From assembly GCA_051530055.1 (NCBI GenBank), contig CM121342.1, positions 1,584,797 to 1,648,796 on the forward strand: a stretch of 64,000 bases of DNA, read 5' to 3'. Positions within the stretch are counted from its first letter, which is position 1; each line of letters begins with the position of its first letter. This document shows positions 1 to 12,483 of this stretch, in pieces. A model generated the notes under the pieces. The model did no database searches and was not told where the DNA came from. It saw nothing but the letters and a program-made list of their open reading frames with translations. Source of the stretch: Neoechinorhynchus agilis (lineage: Eukaryota > Animalia > Acanthocephala). Both the position numbers and the translations under genes were made by a program.

Positions 1-300
1 CATTCCGTAGTGTGCTGAGGTGATCGCTCCAGATTCTAGTTAAGGATCAACGGGTTCGAATCCGTTACCACCAATGACGCACAGCCAAAGGGGACGAAGT
101 ACCGCTGAAGGGAGGAAACTCACTGATGAGTCCCGCCTCCCCGGGAGGTATCTCAGAATCCGGAGGGATGTACAAACTCATACCGTGTGGCTCACGATAT
201 TAAGTGATTTTATGCGATTCCCTGAACAAGATCAGTGGGCTGTGTGCCCAAAGAAAATAGTCAGCAGTGATAAAAGGCCACACATTGATATTTAATAAGT
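1..300 (+). mobile_element. tRNA-derived SINE, copy 1 (5' end may be cut by the window edge)
   Basis: B-box GGTTCGAATCC at 53-63, then core GCTGAAGGGAGGAAACTCACTGATGAGTCCCGCCTCCCCGGGAGGTATCT and tail AAGATCAGTGGGCTGTGTGCCCAA, both shared with other copies in the window. Confidence 0.75.
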
Positions 301-371
301 TACCGGCTGGCCAGTCTTCAGAAATTCAATGGCCTGGAATTAAAATAAAAAACCGGCTGAGTTTGACATTC

Positions 372-600
372 CATAGTTGTGTCGAGGTGGTCAAGTGGAC
401 TAATGCTCCTGATCCCATTTTGAGTTAACTGGTTCTAATCCGTTACAGCCAATGACGCACGTCAGAGGAAACTAAATACTGCTGAAGGGAGGAGGAAACT
501 CACTGATGAGTCTCGCCTCCTTGGGAGGTATCTCAGGCCCATACCAGGCGCTTCCCAGACGAAACCGGTGGACCCTGTGTCCCCATTCGACCGTGTATGG
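372..600 (+). mobile_element. tRNA-derived SINE, copy 2 (different 3' part)
   Basis: A-box-like GTGGTCAAGTGG, degenerate B-box GGTTCTAATCC, same central core as copy 1. Confidence 0.7.
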
Positions 601-628
601 AAAATTTTTTGTTAATTGTTCATGTTTT

Positions 629-768
629 ATATGGCGGAAAAATTAAAAGAATTTATTGACTCCGATATTTTGGCACGCGAATAAAACACTTAAACAACCT
701 TGATAAAGGCACAAGATTGTGCCAAAATATCGGAATCAATAAATTCTTTTTATTTTTCACCGGCATAT
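629..768. mobile_element. palindromic MITE-like element, family A
   Basis: Arms AAAAGAATTTATTGACTCCGATATTTTGGCAC and GTGCCAAAATATCGGAATCAATAAATTCTTTT are reverse complements with 1 mismatch. A partial related copy lies near 7450-7500. Confidence 0.7.
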
Positions 769-796
769 AATAACAATACATTTTATTTTGGAGTTG

Positions 797-845
797 TGAG
801 GATCATAATCCCCCGGATAAAACATATTGAGATATTTTGAAAGAG
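797..845. repeat. fragment of MITE-like family B
   Basis: GATCATAATCCCCCGGATAAAACATATT matches the terminal arms of the element at 47857-47996. Confidence 0.5.
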
Positions 846-1036
846 GAGGGAGACAAAGTTGAAATCTAAAGTTCTATATAGTTTTTGAAAGCTCGGTCTA
901 TGCGGGACAAATTAAGCGCGAGAATGAATTCTTAAATTGTGAATACTTTTAGATAAATGTGGCTAATTTATATAATTTTCTCTTTACGAATCGATTTTAA
1001 TTTTCCAAAATGATGACACGGGCTAATATTGAGATT

Positions 1037-3301
1037 TTAGAGTTGATCACTACTTTTTCTGTTCTCCTTTTTCTCCAAAAGTTCCATTACATGTTCCACC
1101 GGCTTCGGTTTACCATCAGATCCCGTTGTTGCAGGACGAATAATTCCTTGCCTATGATAAAGTTCAAGATTTTTCCTTTCACGCGATTCAGGTTTTTATT
1201 CACCTTGTCATTTTATCCATTTGTTCAACGAGTTTCATTGCTTCGTATTCCTTTTGTTCTTCGGTCATATTATCATTCGGCTGGGGCTTGTTTTCCACTC
1301 GACCAGTGACAGGGTTGACATCCCGAGCCAATTCTCGATACACCTCGGTCTCAGAATCTTCGGAATTATTTGAAGCATCGCATTCATTTCGAGCTGATAG
1401 AAATCCGAGATCTGCTAGTAATCCTGCTGAATTGCCATATCCAGCATATTTTATGAGTCGTGATACTATCAAGACAGTATTTACGCACATAGCCCAAATC
1501 ATCCACATTACCGTTTTCTTTGCAAAGAATATAAAGCACATTCGAGGCTAATGTCTTCAGCTCTATATCAGGACATGTCATACACCGAGCGAGTCTACTC
1601 GAAATAAACTACTTTGACAATGATAATTACTTACATATTTCTGAGAGAGTTTCCTTCTGTAGGTAGTTTCTTCACTTCTTCTCCCAATGGTGGTAGTATT
1701 ATTCCTCTTACGTATTTTCTTATAGATGGATTAAATCGGCACAGCATGTAGAAGAGATGAAGAACTGAATTGGACGTAGCTTGAGTTACCATTGTCGAAT
1801 CAAGCTTTATAAACGCAGTTAAACTTTCTAAAGATTGATAAGAAAAATACTTCATGCCCGGTTAAAGTGTTCTGTAACAGCTCGATCAGTTTATCCATTG
1901 CGCCAAAGTTCACCTGATTGGAATCTTGCCTTGCTGCTGGATTTATAAGAACATGCGGTGCGTCTGTTTGACTTTTAATCTTATCCGCATATTCAATTTG
2001 GTGGTCTGAAATCAGTTCTTTGAAACAGACAGTTGGGACGTTATTTAACAAATTAGCCGCATGACTAATAGATGGAAGGAAAATATGATTTTTAAATTAA
2101 AAACCAAACTCACCCAACCACATCGTCGTCGATTTCAGTCTTTTCAGTTACTAAAATCCTTTGTAGGGTCCTTGTCATTAAGACAAGTGCTTCATGGTCA
2201 TCCTATGATTCATTTTTAATTATTAGTCTAAGCACTTTTCATACTTCTTTGGGTTCTGAATTTCCATCTAAATTACGAATAGATACTGTTATGTTGAACA
2301 AGATCTTAAGAACTTCAATCAATGTCGCTTTTTGGACTAAGAATGTGTACGAAAATTATTATATTTCATCTAAACTCATCTCACATTCATCGGCAATCAA
2401 GACGTCGACGAGAATGTCATTCAAAACCTTAACTGCGTGCATTCTGTGTCTCATTCGGCCCCTTAAACGCAAAAAATAATAAAAGAAAATCGATTTTTGA
2501 ACACAAACCGAACGTCAACTGACAATGCCGTTAAAAGGAAAATAATTCTTAATTCGAAGAATCGAATATCGTTATTTGAAAGATCGTGGGATTTAGCGAT
2601 TCTATCCATGGCGCGTTCGGCAACTCCACTGACTCTGTAAAATAATGGTCTAAAGACGAATCAAAGTATTTTTAACAGACTCATAAAACTTTTGCACTAT
2701 CGGAGATTGGTAAATCAGATTGGATATGGTTTTCATTGCCATCAGAACCGACTCTGGTTTGGTGTATTGAAGATAGCCTACTTCTAAGGCTGCCAATTTT
2801 TGAAGAGGTTCAAGAATTGTCGCTTTCGCCAGAAACTGATAAATCTTAAATCAATGAGTTGACGTGCCATAAATGAAACCTCAGCGTTGTCCTTATCGCG
2901 ACTAAGAATAAGAAGAACGTTCAGTGCCATTGATAGATGCCGATCGTTTAAGTCGTCTAGCATACAATAAGCAATAACATCTTTCGTTAATTCCTGCAGA
3001 AAAATCTCGCTTGAATGTGATAAACTCAAAAATGTCTACGAACCCGTTTTTGCTCAGCATCCATCGAATATACGACGGTACTGTTTTTATTCTAAACGAC
3101 ATTCAAGCATGGTTTCTCCTTTAATACTCAAACGGACCTGCTCTACGAAATTACTAAGATATTGCTGGAACTGACGAGTCCATCCGCAATTCGTGGCATC
3201 TCGAGACATTTGGCTAGAAATGGGTAGGGGTAAAAAATAGCTGCGCGACTGTTATCCTTAATAAATTACCTCTCATCCTCAGACTGAATCCATGGGAGCA
3301 T
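1037..3301 (-). CDS. RIC8: Ric-8/synembryn G-alpha chaperone and GEF, multi-exon
   Basis: Spliced translation gives LILSRDK, FFELRIIFLLTAL, EVLKILFNIT, LIKYAGYGNSAGLL, VNPVTGRVE and EQKEYEAMKLVEQMDKMTR, all Ric-8 hallmarks. Introns are canonical GT-AG, about 40-50 nt. The start codon is a manual estimate. Confidence 0.93.
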
Positions 3302-4539
3302 TTCCCCAGTCAGATTCGCTTATCTACGCCAAAAATGCTTACGAACGCAATCGATCATTTAGTGACGATAACAACGATTATTTACCGGATTGCCGGAATC
3401 CCTAATGGCTTATCTCGTTTTTAAGATAATCTTGGATATGATTTGGGACAGTGTTCTTGCAATGAATTATTTTTAAAACTTTAATTATGCGAATCAAAAG
3501 TTTAAAAATACACATAATATTCACTTCTGGATCTCCGGGTGAGCGCGTTGTCGGGTGCAAAGTCGGGAACGAAACATACGGCTTTCGTCATTTAATTTTA
3601 ATCGAGCTTTCGACAGCTCTTGGTTGAGGTAAGATAAAGTTAAGAATTTTAAGTGGGGATATAGAAGCCTTTAAACGTCGCTTTGGTCAATACAAACGAG
3701 ATGAAATAAAAAATGACTAATTTTTAAAAATTAAATCGGAAATAACGCAAACAACGAGACTTTCTTCCACCATTGCGCCGTATGTTGTTAAAATCGTTCA
3801 AAGGGGCTCATTGGCTCCATTTGCTTCAAATTGAAGCTCGTATTTTTCGTATTACAATTGGTAGAATTTTGCCCAATCACATAAGACGGAAACTTTATGA
3901 AGAAAGGGTAAAAATAGTTGCGGTTAACAACCTTCAGAATATAATTGTGAACCTTTTTGTTTGTTTAAAAACGAAATATTCAGAACATCAAAATATTTAC
4001 ATTCATTTTCCATACTGATTCTCAAGTGAATGGGCGGCAGATTTCTTTGCAGCATCGTGACTTTGAAGAAATATTAAAATGCTTAATTTTTGCTTGAATT
4101 TAATTTTCGGAGCAATAAGCTGCTTGATCACTAATTTCGGCTGACACGGTGCACACAGAAAATTATTTTGTGGATTAAAATTATCTTGGAATATATTATT
4201 TCGACGAATTTCCAACCTAATTTTCTGGTTAACTTAGCGAATATCGTAGAAAACAATGCAGATTTTTCTTTAGAATTAAAAACATCAAATCAAACGCTGA
4301 GATTGCTCTGCCGGAAATTTTTTCCCATTCTCAATTACATTCGAGTAAAAATCAAAAGTTAAAATTAAACATTGACTAACAATTTAAAGCACATGAATTT
4401 ATCCACAAACTAAATGTGGTGCAATTTGTAGCCTTTCAAACTCAAATATTTTTTATCTTTTTAAGTCTGGCTAGCCGGTTACATTTATTCGGTGTTTAGG
4501 TGAAGCCTTTTTAGGTATTAAATGATTTTGTGCGCTTCA

Positions 4540-4615
4540 ATGAACGAGATCGGTGGGCAATGTGCCCAAGAAAAAATTATCAGCCGTGAAAAAAGGCCAT
4601 ACTTCAACACCGAAT
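4540..4615 (+). mobile_element. SINE 3' fragment
   Basis: GAACGAGATCGGTGGGCAATGTGCCCAAGAAAAAATTATCAGCCGTGAAAAAAGGCCATAC aligns with about 225-290 of copy 1. Confidence 0.6.
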
Positions 4616-4736
4616 AATTCTTTTTATTTGTGCAATTCGAAACCTTACGGATTTTTTCCATTTGAAATAGAAATTACGTAAATATCGCTGGCTTTTTAAA
4701 GGACAAACAAATCTTTATACCGCAACTTACAGCAAG

Positions 4737-5856
4737 TCAACAAGTGCATTTATCTGGTTGATCACCTTGCTTCTCTGGTACAACTTTCTTGTTATCACGT
4801 TTCACTTTACTCTCATGTTTCTCGATCGTTTTAATCAATTTCCATTGCTCATTTTCACGTTTGTCTATTTTTATTTTGATGTCTTTTAATTCGGGCATAA
4901 GATTAATAAGTCTCTCAATTGTGTCATTGGCGTTTTCAAGCGAATCAATTATCGATTTTTGCTTCACTCGTCCATTGGCAAGATCAAAGGTCCTTCTGTA
5001 CTGTGAGTACAGAAGCGTGAACACGTCTTTCATTGGTTCTTTTAAGCCCGGATCAGGCTCGAGCGAATCGATTTCCACTCGAACAAATTGAGTAGGATGT
5101 AATCCATAAAGCCTAAAACGTTCCTCTAAACTCATTGGCTCATCTTCTTGGAAAATAACCTCGCAAAAACCATCCTCATCTTCCTCGTCGAACGAAGGAT
5201 AAGCGACGTCAATAAGCCACTGAGCTTTCTCCGTCAATTCCTCTAATTCAGTGATCGGGATAAATCGGGATAGTCTTAAGCGCTCATCAATTTGTTCGAC
5301 AGTTGTTGTTTGGTCGCAAAATTCCTTACAGTACTTAGAAATGTGCTCGTTGGACAATTCGAGCTCAGGAAACTCATCCTTGTATATTTTAGTCCATTCG
5401 GTTACCTTTTGGCACACAAGTGATTTTGTTTGAATGTGTAAATCCGTTGATACGAGAGTATCTTTCTCAAGCACTCCTAAATTTTAAAAAGATTTTTTAA
5501 TTTAAAGTATTTCTTACCTATGGTCGTCTCAATGAATCGAGCCATAGTTTGGACCATCCAGAAACGGAACAGTTGATTTCGATCAAAAAGGTCACAACAC
5601 AGTTTAGAAAGATTATACCGAACATTTTGGTCGTTTTCTGCTTTAATAAACTGAAGGATCAAAAGACAAAAGACTTTACAGCCTTTTGAATCAGACCTAG
5701 AATTTAAAATAGAAATTCCTTGGGTTTTTCAAAATGAACAAACACAATGGACTCGTCAATTGAATCAACCAATAAACTGTGTCGATGACGATTGTTGCTT
5801 TTGAAGATCGCTGTTGCATCAGCGAGGAATCGACGAGTCATTTCTTCGAAGTCCAT
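4737..5856 (-). CDS. UVSSA: UVSSA-like protein (VHS domain plus helical region), 3 exons, about 340 aa
   Basis: DLFDRNQLFRFWMVQTMARFIETTIG aligns with UVSSA [26 protein letters not shown]. Later segments (VTEWTKIY, FRLYGL) follow the UVSSA order. Two GT-AG introns keep the frame. Confidence 0.7.
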
Positions 5857-7776
5857 ACTTCTGAAATGATTTATCGATTGATTTCAGAATTAATTATAAT
5901 GAAGCGTATTAGCTGCAATCATTAAATACACAATCAAATTGATTGACATGTTTGATGGCTTTGATTTGTACTTTATATGAAAAACTCCAACAAATTTAGC
6001 TCTTTTTTATTTATTGACAAAGAAATAAAAATGAACAATTAAAAAAAGTATATGTATTTTCCAAAGTCGGTTTTTCAACGGAACATAGCAAAAAAATCGT
6101 AAGCGATTTCCGAAATATTGTTAAAAGCGTCAATTTTTAATGTTATATATTACCAACAATACAATTTTTCATCTAAAGCCAAAATATAAATTTGATTTCC
6201 ATATTGATCGTAAACAGCTTACCAAACTTCCATATTCATCGAAAAAGCAACTACGATATACCTTAAGCACCAAGACTTTGACTATTTTGAGCGCCATTTA
6301 ACTCACTTTAATTTCACCAAGACATCACACTTTTAATTTGGAATCACTTAAAGTGACCAATAGATAATATCGAATGAATCATTTGGACGCGATAAACAGA
6401 ATAGCTTAGATAAGCAAAATCTCATTATTCATCAAAATTTCCTAGATGAATGTTTAGCATCGGCAAATACCGCAGTAAGAGTGGTATTCGAATCCCGTTA
6501 TGAAGGATAAAACAAAACAAGTGGCGGAGATCTATCCATGTTCAATCTGTGGCAAGATGGTCTGAATGAAGTCGCAAACGATCAAGAATCGTCTAACAGG
6601 ATGTACAAAGTACCAACCTGAGTTTATTTTGAAAACCAAAGATTGCTCGTGTAGCGTTATCGATGTTTGGACTAAATGTCCCAGCCAAAGTATTTAAATG
6701 CATTTCTAGGTTTCAAATTACAATTCGTCAGTTACGAGATAGGTCGAAACGGAGAATCCAAGAAAGACGGTATAGCGCTTTTGAGATTCTTAGAAATGTG
6801 CCAACTGAATTCTGCTTTTGAGCAGAAACTAATGATAGCGAAACATTAAATGCCTTAGAAATTCAAGCGCAAACAGCAGTTTATGATTCTAATAAAAACG
6901 TAAAGGTATTTTTAGAATAATGAGTACGACTCCTTTCGTGTTTGAATTATTACAGACTTAAAATCGTCCATCAGCGACCTTCTAAAGTGTTTTAGGGCAT
7001 TGAATGTTTGACATAGACCGCCATAAAGAAAAAATATATTTTCTGAAAAAATATTTCTGCGAACAATGCAATTACCATCCACGAAGGGTATTAAGCGCAT
7101 TTTAAAGTAGAACATTGAGGAAAACCGTTCGTAATTTTCTCAGAGGGTATTAATGTGATTCATAATCATGATCAACGCATGATTCCTACTCGACAAAATG
7201 ATGGCCTTTTCGGTGAAATTTAAAGTTAAGGAACCTGAGTTTGATCTTGAAGCTTTGAATGGGCTGAAATCGCTTTATTTTCGTAAAATATTTCAATTTT
7301 CGTCCCATTGTAACATAAATGAAGTATCAATTTTACGGTACTTAATTTTGACCCTTAAAAAAATTTGAATTGCATTTAAATCCATCAGAAGTTAACTTCG
7401 GCTGAATTCTTAGGCTGCGTCGTAATTTCTTTAAACTAATTTTTGCTTGTATATGGCGTAAAAAAATTAAAATTTTTATTAGATCCGATATTTCGGCCCT
7501 TATGCGCCGAGGTGCCAGATCTAATGAAACTCCTTAAATTTCTTATGCTATAAACAAACATGAGTACTTCAATTTTCAAACAAACTAATTTGTGTATATT
7601 TTAAGAAACAGTATTATTCAAAATTTTACACGAAACGAGAATGCAATAGGAAAAATGGCCACAGGCCACAATCAAGTAAGCTATCAATGTACATTGTACT
7701 AGAATCATTGTTTTCTAAATAACTAAAGAAATAAGTCACTGGGCACTACTTTAATTTTCCCCGTCCAGTTACTTTT

Positions 7777-8268
7777 TCAGATCCACGATGTCTTCGTTAT
7801 CAATAGTTCTTGTTCTGGATGAACAATTGCAATCGAAGTAAGATTCTGTGCTTTTCTTTCAAACTCTAGTCGATCCCTGAGGTACTCATCAGTTATTTCA
7901 TCGTTCATGGAATACTTAAGATCAGGTTGTCTAAGTAATTCTTGAATGAATTGAATCAGTGTTACAGAATCACATCTATAAGACCACCATTGCGAAAAAA
8001 TGTTCGTACAAAGTTCACCGTTCATGTCGACGTTCGGATGATAAATAGGCGTCAGAAATCGTATTGTCGGCGCAAGGAATGGATATTCCTCTGGGAAATG
8101 AACTTGAACAACGAATGTGCCTCCGATATATGGACTTCCATTGGGTCCTTTTATATACACAAGCCAGATCATGAGGTCGTCAGTATCGGGCACGGCTGTA
8201 AACTTCGTTTGTTCCGATATAAACTTAAGTTCGAAATTCAGACGATCTCTAACGTTTAAGTCAGCCAT
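7777..8268 (-). CDS. ubiquitin-conjugating enzyme E2 (UBE2D/L-like, divergent), intronless
   Basis: W..YIKGPNGSPYIGGTF, FPEEYPF, IYHPNV and the catalytic Cys in NGELC. Confidence 0.92.
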   Translation of the reverse strand: MADLNVRDRLNFELKFISEQTKFTAVPDTDDLMIWLVYIKGPNGSPYIGGTFVVQVHFPEEYPFLAPTIRFLTPIYHPNVDMNGELCTNIFSQWWSYRCDSVTLIQFIQELLRQPDLKYSMNDEITDEYLRDRLEFERKAQNLTSIAIVHPEQELLITKTSWI

Positions 8269-9119
8269 TTCTCAATCGATTAGGACAATAGAAAGTCTTT
8301 GTGTCCTCTTCAACGGACATTAAAAATAACGGTAGCAATATTTTCGCTTTTCCACGTTTGGGTCTATCTTCACAAAATGAAAAAGCTACGCTTACCTTGG
8401 TTGCAAATCTAACCAAAAACATTGAGTGAGAATTTTTATTTCCGGAATTTTTTAGCTTTGTTTGGTAATTTCGCTTTCATTAATCGTGACCGAAAATCGT
8501 CGTTTTCTATCATAAATTTAACTGTCGTAAAATTGCTACTTCAAAGATTTATACTGTTTTGAACTGAAATATAAGATGTAGCCTTTTATTTTCCTTTAAA
8601 TAAAAATTAGCTATTTTACATCGCAACAAGTTAAATTCCGAAGATAATTTACAATTCGCAGAACAACGCAAATCTTTTTTTACCTAATAATGCTATTTCT
8701 TAAAGGTAAATCCGCTTGGTCGTTGCCGAGATTTTGATTAAATGTTCCTTTCAATTCATAATAGTAAATTACACGTTAAATTGCTCAGTATATTCGAGTT
8801 GTGTCGTTTTCCTCCGCTTCGAATCGCTCATAAGCGAAAAAAATCTAGGGGGCCATAAAACCTTAAAGAAAACTATCATGTGATATTACCATAAATTACG
8901 ACTTTCTAAGCTCGTATATTATTTTCTCAGGCGACTATTTAATTTCTGAATTAAAACCACGAATCTTCCTACTGGCAATGTTGTGACCTCAACTCGAAAA
9001 CAGCCAAAGAAGGAAAAGGATTAAGAGTAGCTAAAAAGATACGCCTTTTCATTGGTGCGAGATATAGGAGTATCAAATGAATTGGGACTACGAGTTTTGT
9101 GCTTATGTGAAAAGGGAAT

Positions 9120-9260
9120 TAAATGTGGTAAAATTGTGGTGGTAGGATTAAGAGGCGTTTTGAATGTTTGATGAAAATTTTATTAGCATCTTTGTGTGGC
9201 CTCACACTGATCATTTTCCTTGGGCACACAGCCAACCGATATCTTGGACGAGATAAGTGC
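9120..9260 (-). mobile_element. SINE 3' tail joined to a CR1/L2-like LINE fragment
   Basis: Minus strand CCAAGATATCGGTTGGCTGTGTGCCCAAGG is the SINE tail. The adjacent 9120-9185 aligns with the LINE remnant at about 60285-60345. Confidence 0.55.
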
Positions 9261-9629
9261 ATAAACTCACTTGTATTGAATACTTTCCTACGTTGCACCG
9301 TAGGTATAAGCACGTCAAATAGAATTAAACTCCGCAAGGGATCTAAAATACAGACAGCTACTGGTAGTAGCCTGTCGACGCAGGGTCGGTGTGCCGCTCC
9401 ACTTGGTTATGCGGCAGCGAACAGGAGCAACAAAATCCACCAGTGCAACGGGAAAAAGCGAGGGCGTCGTAGCTCTCGCCGACGACTTGAGCGTCGAAAT
9501 GAGCGAAACTGTCGCCGGAGGCAACGAAAGCGTCAGTCGAAGCTCATCACCGTGGTGGGTACGGACTGTTCAGGTGGCGCTGACAGCCGTGAGCCCTTTG
9601 GCCCAGCTATTTCAGATAGAAGAGGACTA

Positions 9630-10906
9630 CGAATCGGATCCTTGAATTGTAGGAGTCTGCGAGCGCAATGGCGTAGAGGAACCCTGGCCAAATTGACAAG
9701 GAACGCCGGAATGGATCTTGTGTTTTTACAAGAATTGCGCATAAGAGGCCAGTCAGACAGCCGTAAATCAGGAGGATTTAGGAGGAGGCTGGTCATTATC
9801 TTACCTATCTGCGGACAGTCGAGGAAATGGAGGTGTAGGCGTTTGTTTATAACCCCGCCTCCGAAACTCAGCACTATGCAGTATTATAACTGACCGAATC
9901 CTTCGTGTCAGCATAAAGCTTCGGTCGAGAAATCTCTATGCTTTTGGCGTATATTCACCGACTTCCTCGTAGGATGAAGAGGCTGTTGAAGGATTTTATG
10001 GAAATTTAGCCGAAGCATTAGATGATGTACTGAACAGAGACACACTCCCAATAGCCGGTGACTTCAACGCGATTTTACCGCATTCCGAAAGATCGCTATA
10101 TGTGTTGAAAGGCGCGAATCGGAACAGCCCGTACTTGGTTGAGGCGCTGGAGCGGTATGATCTCGTGTCTGCTAACACTTTATTCCGGAAGCGTCCGTGG
10201 CGTTTTGCGACGTTTATGGGTCAAAAGAATCCGTCCAGACATGCCATCGGAAAAAATCCCGAGACGCTTAGCTCAGCTTGACCATGTATTTTTGAGACGT
10301 AGGGAAAAATGCCGGGTCAAAAACGCTGACACATTCACTGTTGATGCGCTGCTAACCGACCACAAATTGGTGATATGTCAGTTGAGCATGAGTGACTCGT
10401 TGTTCCGTACACCTCAGTATCCTCCACGTCCGTTCTATGGCGCCCTCGCTAATGGGGAGAAGAGGAAAGAGTTCGATATCGGACTAGAGAATCAAGTGAG
10501 CTCGATACCAGCTGCTGAAACGGATATTGATTTTTATTACAAGTCAATGTGCGAAGCAGTGACCGTAGCGGCCGAGAAAACTCTCCCAAAAATGAGGCGT
10601 ATAAAAGCTGCAAAGGTTATATGGCAGGAGGACTGTGAATTTATGGCAATGGCTGAGCAGATCAAAATTCTAACAAAAAGGGGAAAACGATCTGAGGCTC
10701 GCATTGCAAGTCTTGAACTTGCCAACCTCTATAATGAAAAGCAAACGGCTTCGATGGAGGATGCAGTTCGCGGGATCGCATATAAGGAAGGTTTTGTTCG
10801 TACCTCCCTAGCATGGAGAGCGATAGACACTCTCACAGGAAAGGTCCTTCCCCGGAAATCAGAAAAAAAGAGAGCATTTGCAAATATTCTAGGCAAAACA
10901 ATTTGA
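9630..10906 (+). mobile_element. decayed RTE-like non-LTR retrotransposon, APE endonuclease region only
   Basis: GSLNCRSL, DLVFLQE, GGVG, VYSPT, AGDFNA, QLDHV and TDHKLV motifs across frameshifts and stops. No RT domain follows. Confidence 0.85.
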
Positions 10907-12095
10907 ATGATTGATTTTCGAGAATCTGGACAGACGTCTTACGTGAAATGTTTGGCAACTTTTATTACTCTTCGTTTTTGAAATAATAAATGGAGTTGTA
11001 CGAAAAAAACAAAGAGGCATTTCAGCTCAAAAGATCCATAAAGGGTGGCAACATCAAGTCTAAGGACAATGAAACCTTGGAAAACGAACTTAGTAATGAA
11101 GATTTTTTCCATTTTGAAAGGCAAATGAAACATCTCGATCACAGGTTTTCCGTGAGATTGATCTAACAATCCAATCGAAGCGTTTTGAATTTTCAGATCT
11201 CAAAACTTGTGATTATTTAGCCCTCGACGCGCATCAAAAAGTTGTGAATTGGTCAATAAAAATTTGTCTCTTGCGGATAAATATATTTTATGAGATTATG
11301 AGCAGCGACTCCAATGCTCCATTTATCGATATGATCGCAAAGTTCCATCAAGTGGAGGAACTTTAAACCCGAGGGCCCTAAAACCGTCTCCTGAGAACAA
11401 ATTAAACACTGACGAGCTCTGCTGGAGACTAAAATCTTTTATTGATGCGAAATGTGCAGCTTGCTACCACGATATGATCACGATAATATTTAACACAAGG
11501 TTTGAACGGGATATCGTAAATATTGATGCCTAAAACTATAATTCTGACAGCCTACTAGAAAACAATCGTAGCAACCGTGCTGACATCAGGCAAAAGGGGC
11601 GAATCGATAAACTATTTACATTCTTTAGGGCGTTACCCTGACAAGTGAATTGCGATATTGAAGGCGGGACAAAAAGTTTTAAAGAAAACAAATACGATTC
11701 CAAGAAAAAAAAGAAAATTGGACATAAGCGAAATCCTAGTGTAAATCCCAGAAAGATCGTTTTGATTTTATTTTCCAGCGGTAACCCGATTTATGAGCTC
11801 TGATCGTTTTTTACTACAAATGACCATTCCCGTTGAATGATAAAAACACTGCATGGGCTGTAAAATCATTTGTTATAACTTAGTGGGGTAATATTTGCAA
11901 TAAATGATTTGATTCAATGAAAAATAACTGACGAGTACATGAACCTTCGGCGATTACATCGTATTCTGGGTTTTTTGTAGCTTATGCGTGGCTCAGCGGG
12001 TAACATTTTATCAAGTATAAATAAAGTTATCCATTCGCGGCTGAATATGGGCATACATCTCATCGATTTTGGCCAGAGAATAACTAAAAGAGTTG

Positions 12096-12290
12096 GAATA
12101 CTGCTGAAGGGAAGAGAAAACTCATTGATGAGTCTCACCTCATCGGGAGGTATGTGAGGATCCGGGTGGATGCTTACAAATTCATAACCGCGTGTGGTTC
12201 GTAGGTATTTAGCACGGACCAACGCTTCCCTGACCCAGATCAGTGGCGGGCTATGTGCCCAAATTCAACCGTTTATGGATAATTTAATTT
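12096..12290 (+). mobile_element. SINE, 5'-truncated copy
   Basis: TACTGCTGAAGGGAAGAGAAAACTCATTGATGAGTCTCACCTC core and CAGATCAGTGGCGGGCTATGTGCCCAA tail. Confidence 0.7.
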
Positions 12291-12483
12291 ACACTTGATA
12301 AGATGCTAAATGTTTGATCTCATCGAACACTTCAAATCGTTTGAGATTGTTTATAATACCGCCTGGGGCGTTTTATCAACGATTAACTTCTAGTGTAAGT
12401 GGTTTCACATTTGCTAAACACGAAATATTGATAAAAAATTGTTAAATGCGGAGGCAAATAAAGTATGCAAAACGTTACATTTT

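Noticed and set aside
88-160. Hammerhead ribozyme in the SINE core (CTGATGAG, GAAAC, GTC, CTGAAGG)
   Set aside because: Motifs are present, but in every topology tried stem I or stem II cannot form, and the motifs are mutated in other copies. An Infernal search would settle it.
6500-7150. Possible LINE ORF1 PHD finger (YPCSICGK) and endonuclease relic
   Set aside because: Only isolated motifs among many stops; too degraded to support.
9168-9893. 241-aa Arg-rich ORF as a gene
   Set aside because: It is a chimera of SINE, retroelement leader and the start of the APE frame.
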